A DNA stretch of 59,349 bases, counting the filler. It is 8 parts of 8 records of this genome, joined end to end, with 100 filler letters (N's around TTAATTAATTAA, not from the genome) between each part and the next. Parts side by side here need not be neighbours in the genome. Positions count along the whole stretch, not along the records: positions 20,062 to 29,856 come from SRR31156797_24212; positions 29,957 to 37,442 come from SRR31156797_24220; 6 more parts are not named here. One strand, written 5' to 3'. Positions 23,001 to 35,928 of this stretch are shown piece by piece. A program made the position numbers and the translations under genes. Below the pieces are notes generated by a model. It ran no database searches. It saw only the letters and a program-made list of their open reading frames with translations, and was not told where the DNA came from. The first letter of the stretch is position 1, and each line of letters starts with the position of its first letter.

Positions 23001-26000
23001 GGTACCGGCTGACCCGGTATTTTGATTGTACCAGGGGCCCACCGTAAAACCACCGACTACGGAGTCGCCCGAGTGTGTAACTTCAAAATAAAACGCTGTA
23101 GAATCGCCAATAATATTTCCTTCCAATTCTGAAACGTCACCAATAGAAACTGTAGCAGCATCATTATCTTCATTAGTAAAATCTATGTCTGCAGGATTAG
23201 AAACAACTGAAGTATTGTTATATACAGTATCGGTAGTTGATGTACGATTAATTTCAATACTTACGAAATAAGAAATTGTGCCATCTACCAATTGCGTTGT
23301 AGGTTCATTTACTCCGGTAACAGTAACCGTGTCATAAACATTCCAGTTATCTTTATTGAAGGTTAAAGAAGCTAAATCCAATGTGCCTTCATTAGTATTA
23401 TTACTTGTTAAATCAATAACAACCTCATCTGTTAACCTATCGGCAGTTGCTGGCTGACTGGTAAGCCTTACCCTAAAGGTTGCTGTTCCTCCATCCTCTG
23501 TGGTGATGCTCGAAATCTGCTCAACCTCAACTCCAGGCGTATCATTGTCAATATTTGTAAAAGTTACGTCATCAACCACCATATTGTCGTACTTGGCGTC
23601 ATCAGAACTGGCATTACTAGTAATAATATCGTAACTAATGTCTCCATCAACATAAAATTCATCCTCTCCTGTAACTGTTATCAATTGAGCAACATTCCAG
23701 TTTTCAGGAGTAAACAGAAGGGTATCATTGCTAATTGTTTGGCATTCGGTAGAGTCACTTGAAGAAAGGTAAATATAAACAGAATCAACCGGTTCGGTGT
23801 TTAGCACCACATTAAATGTTCCTGTTTCGCCAGATTCTGTGGTTTCAGTATCAATTGGAGTTACCGTTATGCCTGCAACATCGTCGTCAATATTTGTTGC
23901 TGCAACATCTGCAGGTTCCGCATTTCTGTATCCCGATAAAGTATCGGTTTGTTCTGAATTAATACTTAAGATTACATTGTAAGCAATGTCATCATCATCA
24001 ATACTGTCGTTTACACCAAATACATATATATTTTGAGGAATATCCCAATTTGTTTCATCAAAGCAAATGGTAATAACTGTGTCTGCAGTGGCCACATTAT
24101 CCAAGCTCGAAACGAGTCCTTCTCCTGGATTATCACTGGTTGCATCAATACAAACATTACCGGTTGGAGCAACAGGTAGTACAACATTTATAGTATCCGG
24201 TGCTTCGTTTTGGTCTTCGTAAGTGATAAGAGGACCACCTAAAACGGTAACAGAATTATCTGGTTGTGCATTAATGGTTATATTAAACCTGCATGTATCA
24301 TTATTTCCTGCTGCATCGTACACCACATATGTTACTTCGGTTGTTCCAATGTTGAAGGTTGCTGATTTTAAAGTATCGATACCCGAACCTTGGAAGTTTT
24401 GAGTGGTGGCCCCAGAGAAACGATAATCCAACTGCACAACTCCACAATTATCAGTGTTTACCGGCGATGTAATTCCAGCAACAACAGCACTAGTTTCTCC
24501 AGCTAAAGCAACACTTTGTTCAATATCATCGGGACAAGAAACGATTGGCGCTTCGCTATCGGTAACTACTACATCAAAATTTATTGTATCCTTATTTCCA
24601 TAAGTATCTTCGGTGTACCAGGTTACTGTGGTTGTTCCGGTTTCAAAAACCTGTCCGTTTAATGTTGTATCGGGTAGAGTTATTGTAGAATTTGCAGAAA
24701 CCTCGTAAGTTATTGTTGGGGAAGCATCGCATAAATTATCGGTTGGATCCCAAAGGATATCGCCGTGCGTATAAGTACATCCGGAAGCATCGGTTGTTAC
24801 ATTCCTATTAGAAAGATCGTCTAGCGTTGGAGTTTCTTTATCTTCAACAGTAATGGTAGTGGTGCAAGTTGAAAAATTTCCAGCAGCATCTTCCACACGT
24901 AAATAAGCTGTTGGTGTTCCAATATCAGCACATTCGTAAGTAATTGAAGAAGCCCACGAGCTACCATCTTTAGATATTTCAGAACTTACTATGCCGCAAT
25001 TATCTGAAGAAAGATTATCAATATCTGAAGGTGATACAACAGCCTCTCCGTTTCGTTGCAATTGAGCAGTATAGGATTTACAAATAGCAGTAGGATCATC
25101 ATTATCAGTTACTTTTACAGTATATGAACAGGCAGATATATTTCCAAGTGCATCCTCTGCTGTCCAGGTAACTGTTGTTGTTCCTATTTCAAAAGCAACA
25201 CCATCTAAACTGCTTCCTGTTCCACTTGTAGCCTCACTTAGCACATATTCAACCGTTGGTGTTCCAGTACAGTTATCGGTTGCTGTAGCATTCCATCCCG
25301 TTCCACTATGAACATAGGTACAAGCAGAATTGGTGGTTACTTCCTGTTCTCCCGAAACCGGACAATTTACAACCGGATCAACCGTATCCTGAACAGTAAC
25401 TGTTGCATCGCAATTCGTACTATTACCATTTACATCGGTAACGGTTAAAGTAATTGTATTGGCACCAAGATGGTTACAATTAAATTCGGTTTGACTTGCG
25501 ATTATCGTATCAATGCCGCAAATATCAGTCGAACCATCATTAATACTATCCGCAATTAAGGTAGCGTTTCCTAAAGCACCTAACTGTAAAATATAATCCT
25601 TGCAGTTCGCAACCGGGCTAATCGTATCCTCTACAGTTATAGTAGCCGGGCAAGTTATCAGAGATTCATTACCTGCTACATCAACAACTTTCAAATAAAG
25701 AGTGGTATCTCCTACTTCATCGCAATTGTAACTCACTGAAGACGTATACGTTCCTGCTTCGGCTTTAGCAACCAGGTATGTTAAATTGCATGCAGGATAA
25801 GTATTATCTGTTGATCCATTATTAACATCAGAACCAGCAACAGTTACATTCCCAGTGGCATCGAGAGCAACAGTAAAATTCTGGCAACTGGCAACTGGTG
25901 GCGTGGTATCTTGCACGGTAACAGTTGCTTCGCAAGTCGCCGTATTTGAATTCTCATCAGTAACCGATAGTGTTACGGTATTGGCTCCCAGTTCCGAACA

Positions 26001-29000
26001 ATCAAAATCGGTAGAGTCCAAAGCCAGTGTAATATTGGTACAATTATCAGCTGATCCATTATCAATGTCAATTTCAACAATTGTTGCCACTCCACTTTCA
26101 TCCACGTATATGGTAGTATCCTTGCAAACCGGATCGGGCAGCTGATTATCGGTTACATTAACTGTAAATGAGCACACAGATTCATTTCCAGATCCGTCTA
26201 CTGCTGTCCAGGTTACATTGGTAATCCCTTTATTAAACACTACATTATTTAAGCTCGTATTAGCAGAACTGGCTGCAATTTCAGTGGCACCGGTTAAAGT
26301 ATAAAATAAACTATCGATGGAGTTACAACCATCAGTAGCATCGGCATCCCAGCTGGTACCCGAGTGTGTATAGGTACACATATCCTCTTCAGTGTTAACG
26401 CTTTGTTCTCCTGACACCCTGCATATAACTCCCGGATTTAAAGTATCCTGAATTGTTACAGTTACAGTACAAACAGAATAATTGCCACTACTATCGGTTA
26501 TCGTTAAATCAACAGAGTTTTCTCCAAGATCAGAACAAGTAAATTCGGTTTCACTTGCTTCAAATGATTCAATTCCACAAGCATCGGTTGATCCATTATC
26601 TAGATCCTCAGGATTTAAGGTAGCATTTCCGCTGGCATCTAGCTGAACAGTTATATCCTGACAATTAGCCACTGGCGTAATCGTATCTTGAACAGTTATT
26701 ATTGTATTACATACATCGGTATTACCTCCCGGGTCGGTTACAGTAAGTTCAACAGTATTTGCCCCCAAATCCTGACAAGCAAAACTGCTTTGCGATAAAT
26801 TTTTAATTAAGCTGCAATTGTCACTTGATCCTAACGAAATTACATTAATATTATCTTCAGTAAGTTCATAATTACCTGAAGCGTCGAGCACTATTGTAAG
26901 CGGATTACAAACCGCATCCGGGTTCGAATCGTCAGTTACAGAAACAGTTGTATTACAAACATTTGAATTTCCATTTACATCAGTAATTTTTAGATAAACG
27001 GTATTGCTTCCAACCTCATTACAATCGTAAGTAAGCGAATTTTCAAAACCTGAACTTTGCGATTTTGAGATCTGAATACTATCAATTCCGCAGGCATCGG
27101 TTGAATTGTCATTAATTGTTGAAGCATTAAGGGTGGCATTCCCAAATCCGTCTAAAACAAGAGAAGCAGACTGACAAACCGCTGTTGGAGGGGTAGTATC
27201 CTGTACAGTAACAACAGCGGTATTACAGGTTGATTCATTTCCAAATGCATCTCTTACAGTAAGCGTAACTCCATTATTTCCAACATCGGCACAATCAAAA
27301 GTACCTGGTGTTACCGATAATGTTATTGGTTCATTTTCGTCTGACGAACCTAAGCCAATAGCAGCAATATCGGTTGAATCAAGCGTATAATCTCCATTTG
27401 AGTCTAAAACAACGGTTATATTATTACAAACTGCTTCCGGATCTTCGTTATCAACAACAGTAACATTGTACGATCCAGTTGATGTATTTCCGTAAATATC
27501 GGTAGCTGTCCAAAGTATGGTATGTATTCCAACAGCTAATGCTTCGTTTACAATACTTGTGGTGGTATCGGTACCTACCAACGAACCATCATCAATTTTA
27601 TAGGTAATTGAATCGAGTGTACAGTTATCTGTCACAACCGCATCGAAGCTATCGAGAGCAACTATTTGATATGTATTTGAGTTAGCATCGGTATTTCGGG
27701 TTTGATCTCCAACCGTTACAATAATTGGATTCTGTGTATCTACAACTGTAAAGTCGATGGTACATTCAGTTGTATTCCCGTAATTATCGTAGAGTTTCCA
27801 GGTTATGGTATTGCTTCCAACAGGAATGTCAACTCCTTGTAAAGAGGTTGTTAAATCACTTCCAACTTCTTCTCCCCCATTAATCGAATAAGTAACTTTT
27901 GAAACATTATCATTGTCAATATAACCATATGGATCATACTCCGCACCTGGAATTCGATAACGGCAATAGCCAAAATCAGCATTCTTCGATACCGTAGCAT
28001 CAGGACATTCGTTAATAACAGGCGAGATTGTATCTTCAACCACAACTACAGTCTCGCAAGTTGTTACATTTCCTGAAGAATCTGTGGCCGTCCAAATAAT
28101 GGTAGTGGTATCCAGCGATAACTCTACTCCATCAAGGCTTGAAGAGCCATTAATATTGTTTGTTAAAGCGTATAAACAATTATCTTCTGAAGAAACGGGG
28201 TCGAGTTCTCCTCCAATTACTGTATGGAAGTTCTCACCTGCATCAGTAACCTTATTTGGTGGCGAACTTGCTGGACAAGTTAGCGATGGAGGTGTGGTAT
28301 CTTGCACGGTAACAGTAAACGTATAGGCAAAGGTATTCCCTGCACTATCTAAAGTCATATAGGTTACATCAGTTGTTCCCACATCGAAGGTAGCACCTGA
28401 AACAGCCCATTCCGGAGATATGGTAATCCAGGCAGCAACACTATCATCAGATGTTACATTATCTTCAAAAACAGGAGCGGTATAGTTAACAACCGCATCA
28501 CAGTCACCAGTTGCGGTTTGAACAGTTGTTCCACTTTCTGAAAGCTGTACACGCGGAGGTAAATTATCTATAACTGTAACAATAAAAATTTCCTCGCTAC
28601 TATTACCTTTATCATCAACAGCATACCATATTACCGTATCAATACCCACTGGCATTTCGATACCGGCCAGGCTCGACACGAGGTATTCATTTTCAATTTT
28701 GGTTACTATACCACAGTTATCCTCGGCTATAACATCATCAAACTCGGCACCTTGTACAGTATAAAAACTATCATAATTATCGGTATAACGGATAGCATTC
28801 CCGGGTACAATTAATTTTGGTCCTTCGTTATCATTGATTATCAAATTGAAAGTACAAGAAGCACTGTTCCCTCCAACATCTTTGGCTGTCCAGGTTATAG
28901 GTACGGTATCCCCCAGATTAAACCCTCGTGGGATTCGAATGCCTGAAAGTGTATTTAATCCCGATTGAATTGAATCTCCGCTTTTGTCGTAAAAGCTCCA

Positions 29001-29856
29001 GATTACCGAGTCAATATCGCAATTATCATCATAGGTAAGCGGGTCAAATTCGTTACCCAGCACTTTATACGAACAGAAACCGGGATTGGTATTTCTTGAT
29101 TGTTCGCTGATGCATGAAATGGTTGGATTCTCGTCGGATACTATTATATCAAAAGTACAGGTTGAGACATTGTCGCTATTATCGGTTGCGGTATAAGTAA
29201 CAGTGGTTGTTTCTACCCCAAATAAATTACCGGGCGAATGGGTTGAAGTAAAACTTTTCATCCCACTACAAGCATCGGTAGCCGCAAGTGGTGGCCATGA
29301 AACAACAGCCTGACAAGAACTTCCAACTGCATCGGCTAAGATATCCTCGCTTGGACAATTATCAATAATTGGCCCTTCATTGTCTAACACAATAACTTGT
29401 TGTGTTTGCTCAGCCACATTACCACTGGCGTCGGTAATTGTCCATCGTACATTGTTTACTCCTACGTTAAACGGTTTTACAAGTGCCAGGTCATGCCCAA
29501 TTACCAATGAAGCTGAGTCTGTACAGTTATCTGTTCCTGTTGGAGGAGTAATGCTATCGGTTGAAAAACAAGTACCTGCATCGATATAAACGGTATCGTT
29601 TTCAATTGCATCGAAGACAGGATCATCATTATCATAAACAGTTACATCAATAATACACGAATCAATATAAGTTACACTATTAATGGTCTGGCTTGCAGTC
29701 CATTTTACCTCGGTGATACCAAAACCAAAAACAGCATTTTCCAAGGTAGTATCGCTTGGTGCATACGGGTATGATTCCGGAGTTGTTGTCTGAATATTAT
29801 GTGTTAAAGTACGTCCGTCAACCACTCTTAAGTTCTCCCATTCCGGATCTAAATCA
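20062..29856 (-). CDS. Giant HYR-repeat / Calx-beta-repeat surface protein (Bacteroidota type), truncated at both ends
   Basis: The frame is open across the whole contig. Many D..P...C...DNC...W...D..GN...C HYR-like repeats are followed by NW...TVTG repeats and ~8 Calx-beta repeats (DY...LTF...GD..VE.DE.F...GTI.NDD). Confidence 0.85.
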
Positions 29857-29956
29857 NNNNNNNNNNNNNNNNNNNNNNNNNNNNNNNNNNNNNNNNNNNN
29901 TTAATTAATTAANNNNNNNNNNNNNNNNNNNNNNNNNNNNNNNNNNNNNNNNNNNN
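29857..29956. other. Artificial contig linker
   Basis: N44-TTAATTAATTAA-N44. Confidence 0.98.
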
Positions 29957-30079
29957 TAAAGTTAGTTGTTTTTCACAATCAATAATGCTGTCTTCAGCTA
30001 TTTGGTTTAATTTCTCAAGGGAGGTGTCACATTTTTTTTCTGATTTCTTTGTATTAGGGGTGGTTCTTCCTTCAAACAT
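29957..30079 (-). CDS. Hypothetical protein, 5' fragment (MFEGRTTPNTKKSEKKCDTS...)
   Basis: AAAGGAG RBS, ATG, and a frame open to the contig end. Confidence 0.5.
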
Positions 30080-30094
30080 CTAACAATCTCCTTT

Positions 30095-30817
30095 CTAAAT
30101 ATTTCTCGTTCTTACCATTTCCACACATTGCTCCCCAGCACTTTCATCGTCATCCAAATCAAAAAACTCTTCAGCAACTTCTCTGTTTTTAATCACTAAG
30201 TTATCTATCTTTTTTATGATTTCTTCCTTTGATAATTTGTTATTCTCAATAATCTTTCTTACCTTTTTGAGAAAGATGAGATCATCATCTAGTTCTTCAA
30301 GCTCTTCATAAAATCCCAACCCGATCCAATCTTTTTTTATGAAGTCGGGATCGTCTTTTATCTTATCAAAATTCTCAATGGAAACAATTTTGTTAATCTT
30401 GTTCAACTTTTCTAGGGGTGTGTTGATGTCATATTGGGGAAAATAATAAAATCTTAAATGTTTCTCTGATGCAATATCTAGTGCTTCTGACAACACTTCA
30501 TATTTTCTCTCGTTATTTACTTCTGCCCGATCTGTTTTAAAGTCATATTCAATTCTTTTCTCTTCTACTCTTTCATATCTTTTCTCAAGATTCTTAATTT
30601 GAGAATATGCTTTTATTTTTGAAGCAATTTTTATAGCCTCATTTCTTATTGATATGTTTATTTGCTCTACATGCTGAGAAGAGTTATCTTTGGGTTTATA
30701 AGAACTTATTTCTTTTTTTGTAGTAATGTCGTCTTCCACTTTCCCATACTTCAACATAAACCTTACTATAGAAATTGATATAATTGTGAAAAGAATTAGA
30801 AATATTATGGCAACCAT
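30095..30817 (-). CDS. Hypothetical membrane-anchored protein
   Basis: GGAGG RBS, N-terminal hydrophobic helix and a charged helical body; no family recognised. Confidence 0.7.
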   Translation of the reverse strand: MVAIIFLILFTIISISIVRFMLKYGKVEDDITTKKEISSYKPKDNSSQHVEQINISIRNEAIKIASKIKAYSQIKNLEKRYERVEEKRIEYDFKTDRAEVNNERKYEVLSEALDIASEKHLRFYYFPQYDINTPLEKLNKINKIVSIENFDKIKDDPDFIKKDWIGLGFYEELEELDDDLIFLKKVRKIIENNKLSKEEIIKKIDNLVIKNREVAEEFFDLDDDESAGEQCVEMVRTRNI

Positions 30818-30983
30818 TTTATAATCCTCCGAGCTAAATAACTAATAATACAATCAAACAATTTTTAATAAAGTTTTTAACTGAAATTCAGTTATTTGAG
30901 TAGTGAAGTAGAATGGAAGCGTCTCTTTCTTGATAAATAATCCTCATAAGAGTAAAATATCTCAATTGTGTTGAGGATAATGA

Positions 30984-32573
30984 ATGTTAAGATTCCTTTT
31001 AATAGTTTCAGTTCTGCTGACCACGTCATGTTCAAATGATCTGACAATACTTCATGTAAATGACACTCACTCACATCTTTTTGGAAGCAAAGTCTACTGC
31101 GAATATAAATCTGAATCCTATCAGTTTGATGTTGGTGGATACGGCGCTGTCATGCAGGTTAAGGATATTGTTGAAAAAGAAAAAGAGAACGTCATCTTTC
31201 TTCATGCAGGAGATCTAATTCAGGGAACAAGATACTTTAGAGAGTTTCAGGGAAAGGCTGATATTGATCTTATGAACGAAGCTGGTTTAGATGCACTTGC
31301 GCTTGGAAATCATGAGTTTGATAAAGGCTCCAGATTTCTTGCGGACCTTCTTCAAAGATCAAAATTTCCTGTTCTTGCAGCAAATGTTGAGATCGATGAG
31401 AATCTTGAGCTTGCAAAGTTCGTAAAACCTTATGTTATTAAGGGAAGCTGGCCCAATAAAACAGCTGTCATTGGCGTGATAACTCCTGATACTGGTGTTA
31501 TTTCATCACCGGGAAGCGGAATTAAATTCACCGATCCTGCAAAATCTGTTCAAACCTGGATCAGATGCCTTAAGAAAGACGGGATCGATCAAATAGTTGT
31601 GCTTTCGCATCTTGGATATAAAGAAGATATTGAGTTGGCAAAAAAAGTTACAGGAATAGATGTCATCATTGGTGGACACTCTCACACACTTCTTGGTTAC
31701 ACAGGAGTTAAATGTCTTCCATCAAAAGCTGATTATCCTCAAATAGTAAAAGACCCGGGAGGTCGTGATGTACTTGTTGCGCAGGCTTGGGATCATGCTA
31801 GAGCCGTTGGAAGACTTGATCTTGAGTTTGATTCTAACGGAGAGATCATTGCTCAAAAAGGAAAGACACTTTTTCCAATTAAAAAAGATGTAAAATTACC
31901 ATTTCCTGACGAACGTTCTCCTTTTAGTGAGTTTTTAAGACTAGAAGAAAACAGAGCAGTTGATGCGAAGATGAAAGTCTATCAAAAATCTGCTCAGGCA
32001 AAATATCAGAAAGTTGTGGCAACAGTAAGTGAAGAGCTTGAGCATAACTGGGAAAAGGGAAGTGATCTAGCTCCACTTGTTGCAGATGCGATAATGTGGA
32101 AGCTCAAAAAAGACGATATAAAAATCGATGTTTCAATGCAAAATGCCGGAGGAGTCAGAAAGTCGCTCCATAAAGGTGAAGTTACGCTTGGGGAGATCTA
32201 TGATGCTCTTCCGTTCTTTAACTATGTTGCGATCCTTAAGATCAAAGGAAAAGATCTTGTGGCTGCATTTAAACGAGCTGTTAAAAATGCAAATAAAGGA
32301 ATTCATCAGGGAGCTTTTCCTTATCTTTCCGGTATGAGTTTTGAGATCGTTGATGGTAAAGCTGATAATTTCAGGATCATTAAAGATGGCATAGAAAGTC
32401 CGGTTAAACCTCAAAAGGAGTATCTTTTTGCTACTGATTCCTATATTGCGCAAGGTGGAAATGGATACTATGAGTTTTCTGATGTAAGCAAGATCGAAAT
32501 GACAAGATTCATCGTTAGCGATATTTTTGTTGATTACTGCCTGGAAGTGAAAACACTGTCTAAAAGAAAATAA
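30984..32573 (+). CDS. 5'-nucleotidase / UDP-sugar hydrolase family lipoprotein
   Basis: Lipobox-like LTTSC; metallophosphoesterase motifs NDTHS, AGD, GNHEFD, SHLG and GGHSH; C-terminal NAGGVR. Confidence 0.9.
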   Translation: MLRFLLIVSVLLTTSCSNDLTILHVNDTHSHLFGSKVYCEYKSESYQFDVGGYGAVMQVKDIVEKEKENVIFLHAGDLIQGTRYFREFQGKADIDLMNEAGLDALALGNHEFDKGSRFLADLLQRSKFPVLAANVEIDENLELAKFVKPYVIKGSWPNKTAVIGVITPDTGVISSPGSGIKFTDPAKSVQTWIRCLKKDGIDQIVVLSHLGYKEDIELAKKVTGIDVIIGGHSHTLLGYTGVKCLPSKADYPQIVKDPGGRDVLVAQAWDHARAVGRLDLEFDSNGEIIAQKGKTLFPIKKDVKLPFPDERSPFSEFLRLEENRAVDAKMKVYQKSAQAKYQKVVATVSEELEHNWEKGSDLAPLVADAIMWKLKKDDIKIDVSMQNAGGVRKSLHKGEVTLGEIYDALPFFNYVAILKIKGKDLVAAFKRAVKNANKGIHQGAFPYLSGMSFEIVDGKADNFRIIKDGIESPVKPQKEYLFATDSYIAQGGNGYYEFSDVSKIEMTRFIVSDIFVDYCLEVKTLSKRK

Positions 32574-32575
32574 GG

Positions 32576-34474
32576 TTAAAAGATATCACTGACCTCGCCA
32601 GGATCCTCTGTCTTATCTATAAGATTTTTATATGTTCCCTTGAGAGTATCAAGTTTAGTTTCAATATCCTGAAGCTTTTCAAGTTTAAGCTTGTCACCTT
32701 TGAGATAGGCTTTTGTTCCCGAGATAAGAGTTTCCATCTTATCCATTCTGTCAACGCCGACCTTAGAATCAGAAAAGATCTGATAAAGCTTCGGTTTCAT
32801 TTTTTCAAGATCGTAAAGATAGTTCTCGATACTTGCAACGATCTCTTCTATCATAGTCTTTTCCGCGAGCTCAAGATAGTAATCAGAATTTTCTTCTATT
32901 TTTTGAGAAAGCTCATCCTGAGAAAGGTTGCCGGTAGATGCAACAGTGATCTTCTGTGTTGCGCCTGTATCCATATCTGAGGCCTGAACAGTAACGATAC
33001 CATTTATGTCGATCTCGTATGTAACTCTGATCTTTACCTCACCTCTTTTTGCTTTTCTAAGACCATCTAGCTCAAATTCACCTAATATTTCGTTCTCAGA
33101 CGCAACAAGAGAGTCACCCTGTAAAAGAAGGATGTTTGCCCGGTCCTGATCGTCACGTGAAGTAACAAAGATATCGTCAACTGATGTTGGAACAGTAGAG
33201 TTTTTCGGAATAAGAGTATAGAACATGTTCTTTCCAACAGCGATTCCCAGGTTGTGAGGAGTAACATCAAGTAAAAGCATGTCAACATCATCATCAGAAT
33301 CCACATCCTGATCCAATATCTGCGCCTGAATAGCTGCGCCTATTGCAACAGTTTCGTCAGGGTTAATATTTTTGAGGATTGGAACTTCAGGACAGAACTC
33401 ATTAAGTCTTGTCTGAATCAGAGGCATTCTTGTCTGACCTCCGATCAGAATGATTCCGGAAAGAGCATCTGTATCAAGATGAACTTCTTTGAGAGTTCTG
33501 TTAAAGGTCTTTATTGCCTTATCCAGATAAGGGGTGGCAAGTTCTTCAAGAGTCTCTCTTGAGATTTCGGTTTTATAGTGAATGAAATCACCTTCAACTT
33601 CTTTGAGGTAAGGAATCTCTATAGATGTTTTTGTCTGAATTGTAAGATTCTTCTTAGCCGTTTCAGCGTAATCCCTGAGCCTTTGAAGGATCAAGTTGTC
33701 ATCAAGATCTGTAACGCCATAGTTCTCCGCAAGGTCTTCAAGGAAGTATTCAAAAAGTGAATTGGTAATGTCTTCACCGCCAAGAAATGTGTTTCCCGCA
33801 GTTGCAATTACATTGAAGGTTCCGTCAGAAACTTCCATTAAAGTGATGTCAAAAGTACCGCCGCCAAAATCAAAAACAGCGAGAAGTTTTTCTTCTTCAG
33901 TTCCTTGAGAAAAACCATAGGCCAGTGCAGCTGCCGTCGGTTCATTTATTATTCTAAGAACATCAATTCCGGCAATAAGAGCCGAATCTTTTGTTGCCTG
34001 CCGCTGTTTGTTGTTGAAGTAGGCAGGAACGGTAATAACAGCTTTAGTAACAGTTTCCCCGAGGTATTTTTCAGCGATACTTCTAAGCTCTGTTAAAATA
34101 AAAGATGATATTTCTTCAGCTGAATATGATTTATCGGTTGAAGGTATGAAAAGAGAAAGTCCATCTCCCTTTTCACTTGGAATAACCTTGTATGAAAGTG
34201 TGGGAAGTAGTTGTGAAACAACAGGGCTTTTAAAACTGTGGCCCATAAGTCTTTTTACACAGTAGACAGTATTTTCTGTGTTTATAAGCATCTGCTGATA
34301 AGCAGCATGTCCACAAACTTTTTCAAGGTCACCAGTCTCGTCATTTTTTATGAAGCTGACAATAGAAGGAATCGTGTTTCTTCCACCAGCATCTTTAATA
34401 ACTTCTGCCTGATTATTTCTTATAACAGCTACGCAGGAATTCGTGGTTCCTAAATCTATGCCTATAACCGTCAT
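32576..34474 (-). CDS. Hsp70/DnaK-family chaperone, divergent paralog
   Basis: GIDLGTTNS, TVPAYF, INEPTAAALAYG, FDFGGGTFD, GGQTRMP, NPDETVAIGA and LLLDVTP motifs. Confidence 0.9.
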   Translation of the reverse strand: MTVIGIDLGTTNSCVAVIRNNQAEVIKDAGGRNTIPSIVSFIKNDETGDLEKVCGHAAYQQMLINTENTVYCVKRLMGHSFKSPVVSQLLPTLSYKVIPSEKGDGLSLFIPSTDKSYSAEEISSFILTELRSIAEKYLGETVTKAVITVPAYFNNKQRQATKDSALIAGIDVLRIINEPTAAALAYGFSQGTEEEKLLAVFDFGGGTFDITLMEVSDGTFNVIATAGNTFLGGEDITNSLFEYFLEDLAENYGVTDLDDNLILQRLRDYAETAKKNLTIQTKTSIEIPYLKEVEGDFIHYKTEISRETLEELATPYLDKAIKTFNRTLKEVHLDTDALSGIILIGGQTRMPLIQTRLNEFCPEVPILKNINPDETVAIGAAIQAQILDQDVDSDDDVDMLLLDVTPHNLGIAVGKNMFYTLIPKNSTVPTSVDDIFVTSRDDQDRANILLLQGDSLVASENEILGEFELDGLRKAKRGEVKIRVTYEIDINGIVTVQASDMDTGATQKITVASTGNLSQDELSQKIEENSDYYLELAEKTMIEEIVASIENYLYDLEKMKPKLYQIFSDSKVGVDRMDKMETLISGTKAYLKGDKLKLEKLQDIETKLDTLKGTYKNLIDKTEDPGEVSDIF

Positions 34475-34560
34475 TTTATCTCCAATTGCAACATTTACTC
34501 TGTGCTGATGTTAGAGTAAAAACGGTATAATCTCAAGTTTTTATGCTATCTTTGTATGTT

Positions 34561-35928
34561 TTACAGGATGTAGTTGTTTAATTTTTCATTTTTTTCAGAG
34601 GTCGTAAACCATTTTTTTACATGTTTTCTGTCGATTTTTAGAGTCTTTCTAGTTGAAAGAGGTGCGTTAAATGAAATGTCTTCAAGAAGTTTTTCCATTG
34701 CAGTCTGAAGTCTTCTTGCACCGATATCCTGAGTTGTGTTGTTAAGCATGCATGCAATCTCAGCGATCTCGTCTATTCCGCTTGCTGTGAATTTAAGAGT
34801 TATACCGTCACACTTAAGTAGCTCAGTATATTGCTTAACGAGTGAGTTTTCAGTATCTGTAAGTATTTTGACAAAGTCATCCTTTGATAGGGATCCAAGC
34901 TCCGCCTGAAGTGGAAAACGACCTTGAAGTTCAGGAATAAGATCATCGCGATTTGTCATGTGAAATGCACCGGCAGCAATAAAGAGAATGTGATCCGTTT
35001 TTACAGTTCCGTATTTTGTATTTACAGAACAGCCCTCAACTATTGGCAGAATGTCTCTTTGAACACCTTCTCTTGAAACATCAGGGCCATGAGAACTGCC
35101 TTTTGCAATTACTTTGTCAATCTCATCGATAAAAACGATCCCTGTATCTTGTGCCCAGCTCAAGGCATCTTTAATAATTTTTTCCTGATCGAGCATCTTT
35201 TCAGATTCAGTTTTGATTATGTGTTCCAGCGCTTGCGGTACAGCCATCTTTTTTTCCTTTTTTGCACCTGGAAAGAAGTTGCCCATCATATCTTTAACGG
35301 AAATATCGATATCTTCAGCTCCGGAGCCTCCTGAAAATTCAAAGATCGGAAGGTTTGAAGATTTTACCGATATTGATACTTTTTTGTCGTTAAGAGATCC
35401 GTCTTTAAGCTTTTTGAGCATTTTTTCACGATACTGAACCTGTCTTTTGTATTTTGCTTCATAATCCTCTGAATCATTGGGGATCTTATCAGGGTCAGGA
35501 ACATTCAACAGGGTTAGAACTATCTGTTGTGCAAGCACTTCAGCTTTAACTTTTACTTTTTGTGCTTCCATTCTTTTTGTTTCATTTACGGCTTGTTTAA
35601 CAAGATCTTTTATCATTGATTCCACGTCTCTTCCGACGTAACCGACTTCTGTAAATTTTGTGGCTTCAACTTTAATGAAAGGACTTGATGATATCTGAGC
35701 GAGTCTTCTTGCTATCTCTGTTTTTCCAACACCTGTCGGTCCTGACATGAGGATGTTTCTGGGTGTTATCTCCTGTTGAAGTGACGGATCTTTTATCTGA
35801 GCTCTTCTCCACCTATTCCTAAGTGCTACTGCTACTGCTTTTTTTGCTTGAACCTGTCCGATAATAAATCTGTCAAGCTGCTCAACTATCTGCTTTGGTG
35901 TAAGATCGGCGATTTTATGTCCAGTCAT
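34561..35928 (-). CDS. hslU: ATP-dependent protease ATPase subunit HslU
   Basis: [30 protein letters not shown] and GARRL motifs. Confidence 0.97.
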   Translation of the reverse strand: MTGHKIADLTPKQIVEQLDRFIIGQVQAKKAVAVALRNRWRRAQIKDPSLQQEITPRNILMSGPTGVGKTEIARRLAQISSSPFIKVEATKFTEVGYVGRDVESMIKDLVKQAVNETKRMEAQKVKVKAEVLAQQIVLTLLNVPDPDKIPNDSEDYEAKYKRQVQYREKMLKKLKDGSLNDKKVSISVKSSNLPIFEFSGGSGAEDIDISVKDMMGNFFPGAKKEKKMAVPQALEHIIKTESEKMLDQEKIIKDALSWAQDTGIVFIDEIDKVIAKGSSHGPDVSREGVQRDILPIVEGCSVNTKYGTVKTDHILFIAAGAFHMTNRDDLIPELQGRFPLQAELGSLSKDDFVKILTDTENSLVKQYTELLKCDGITLKFTASGIDEIAEIACMLNNTTQDIGARRLQTAMEKLLEDISFNAPLSTRKTLKIDRKHVKKWFTTSEKNEKLNNYIL

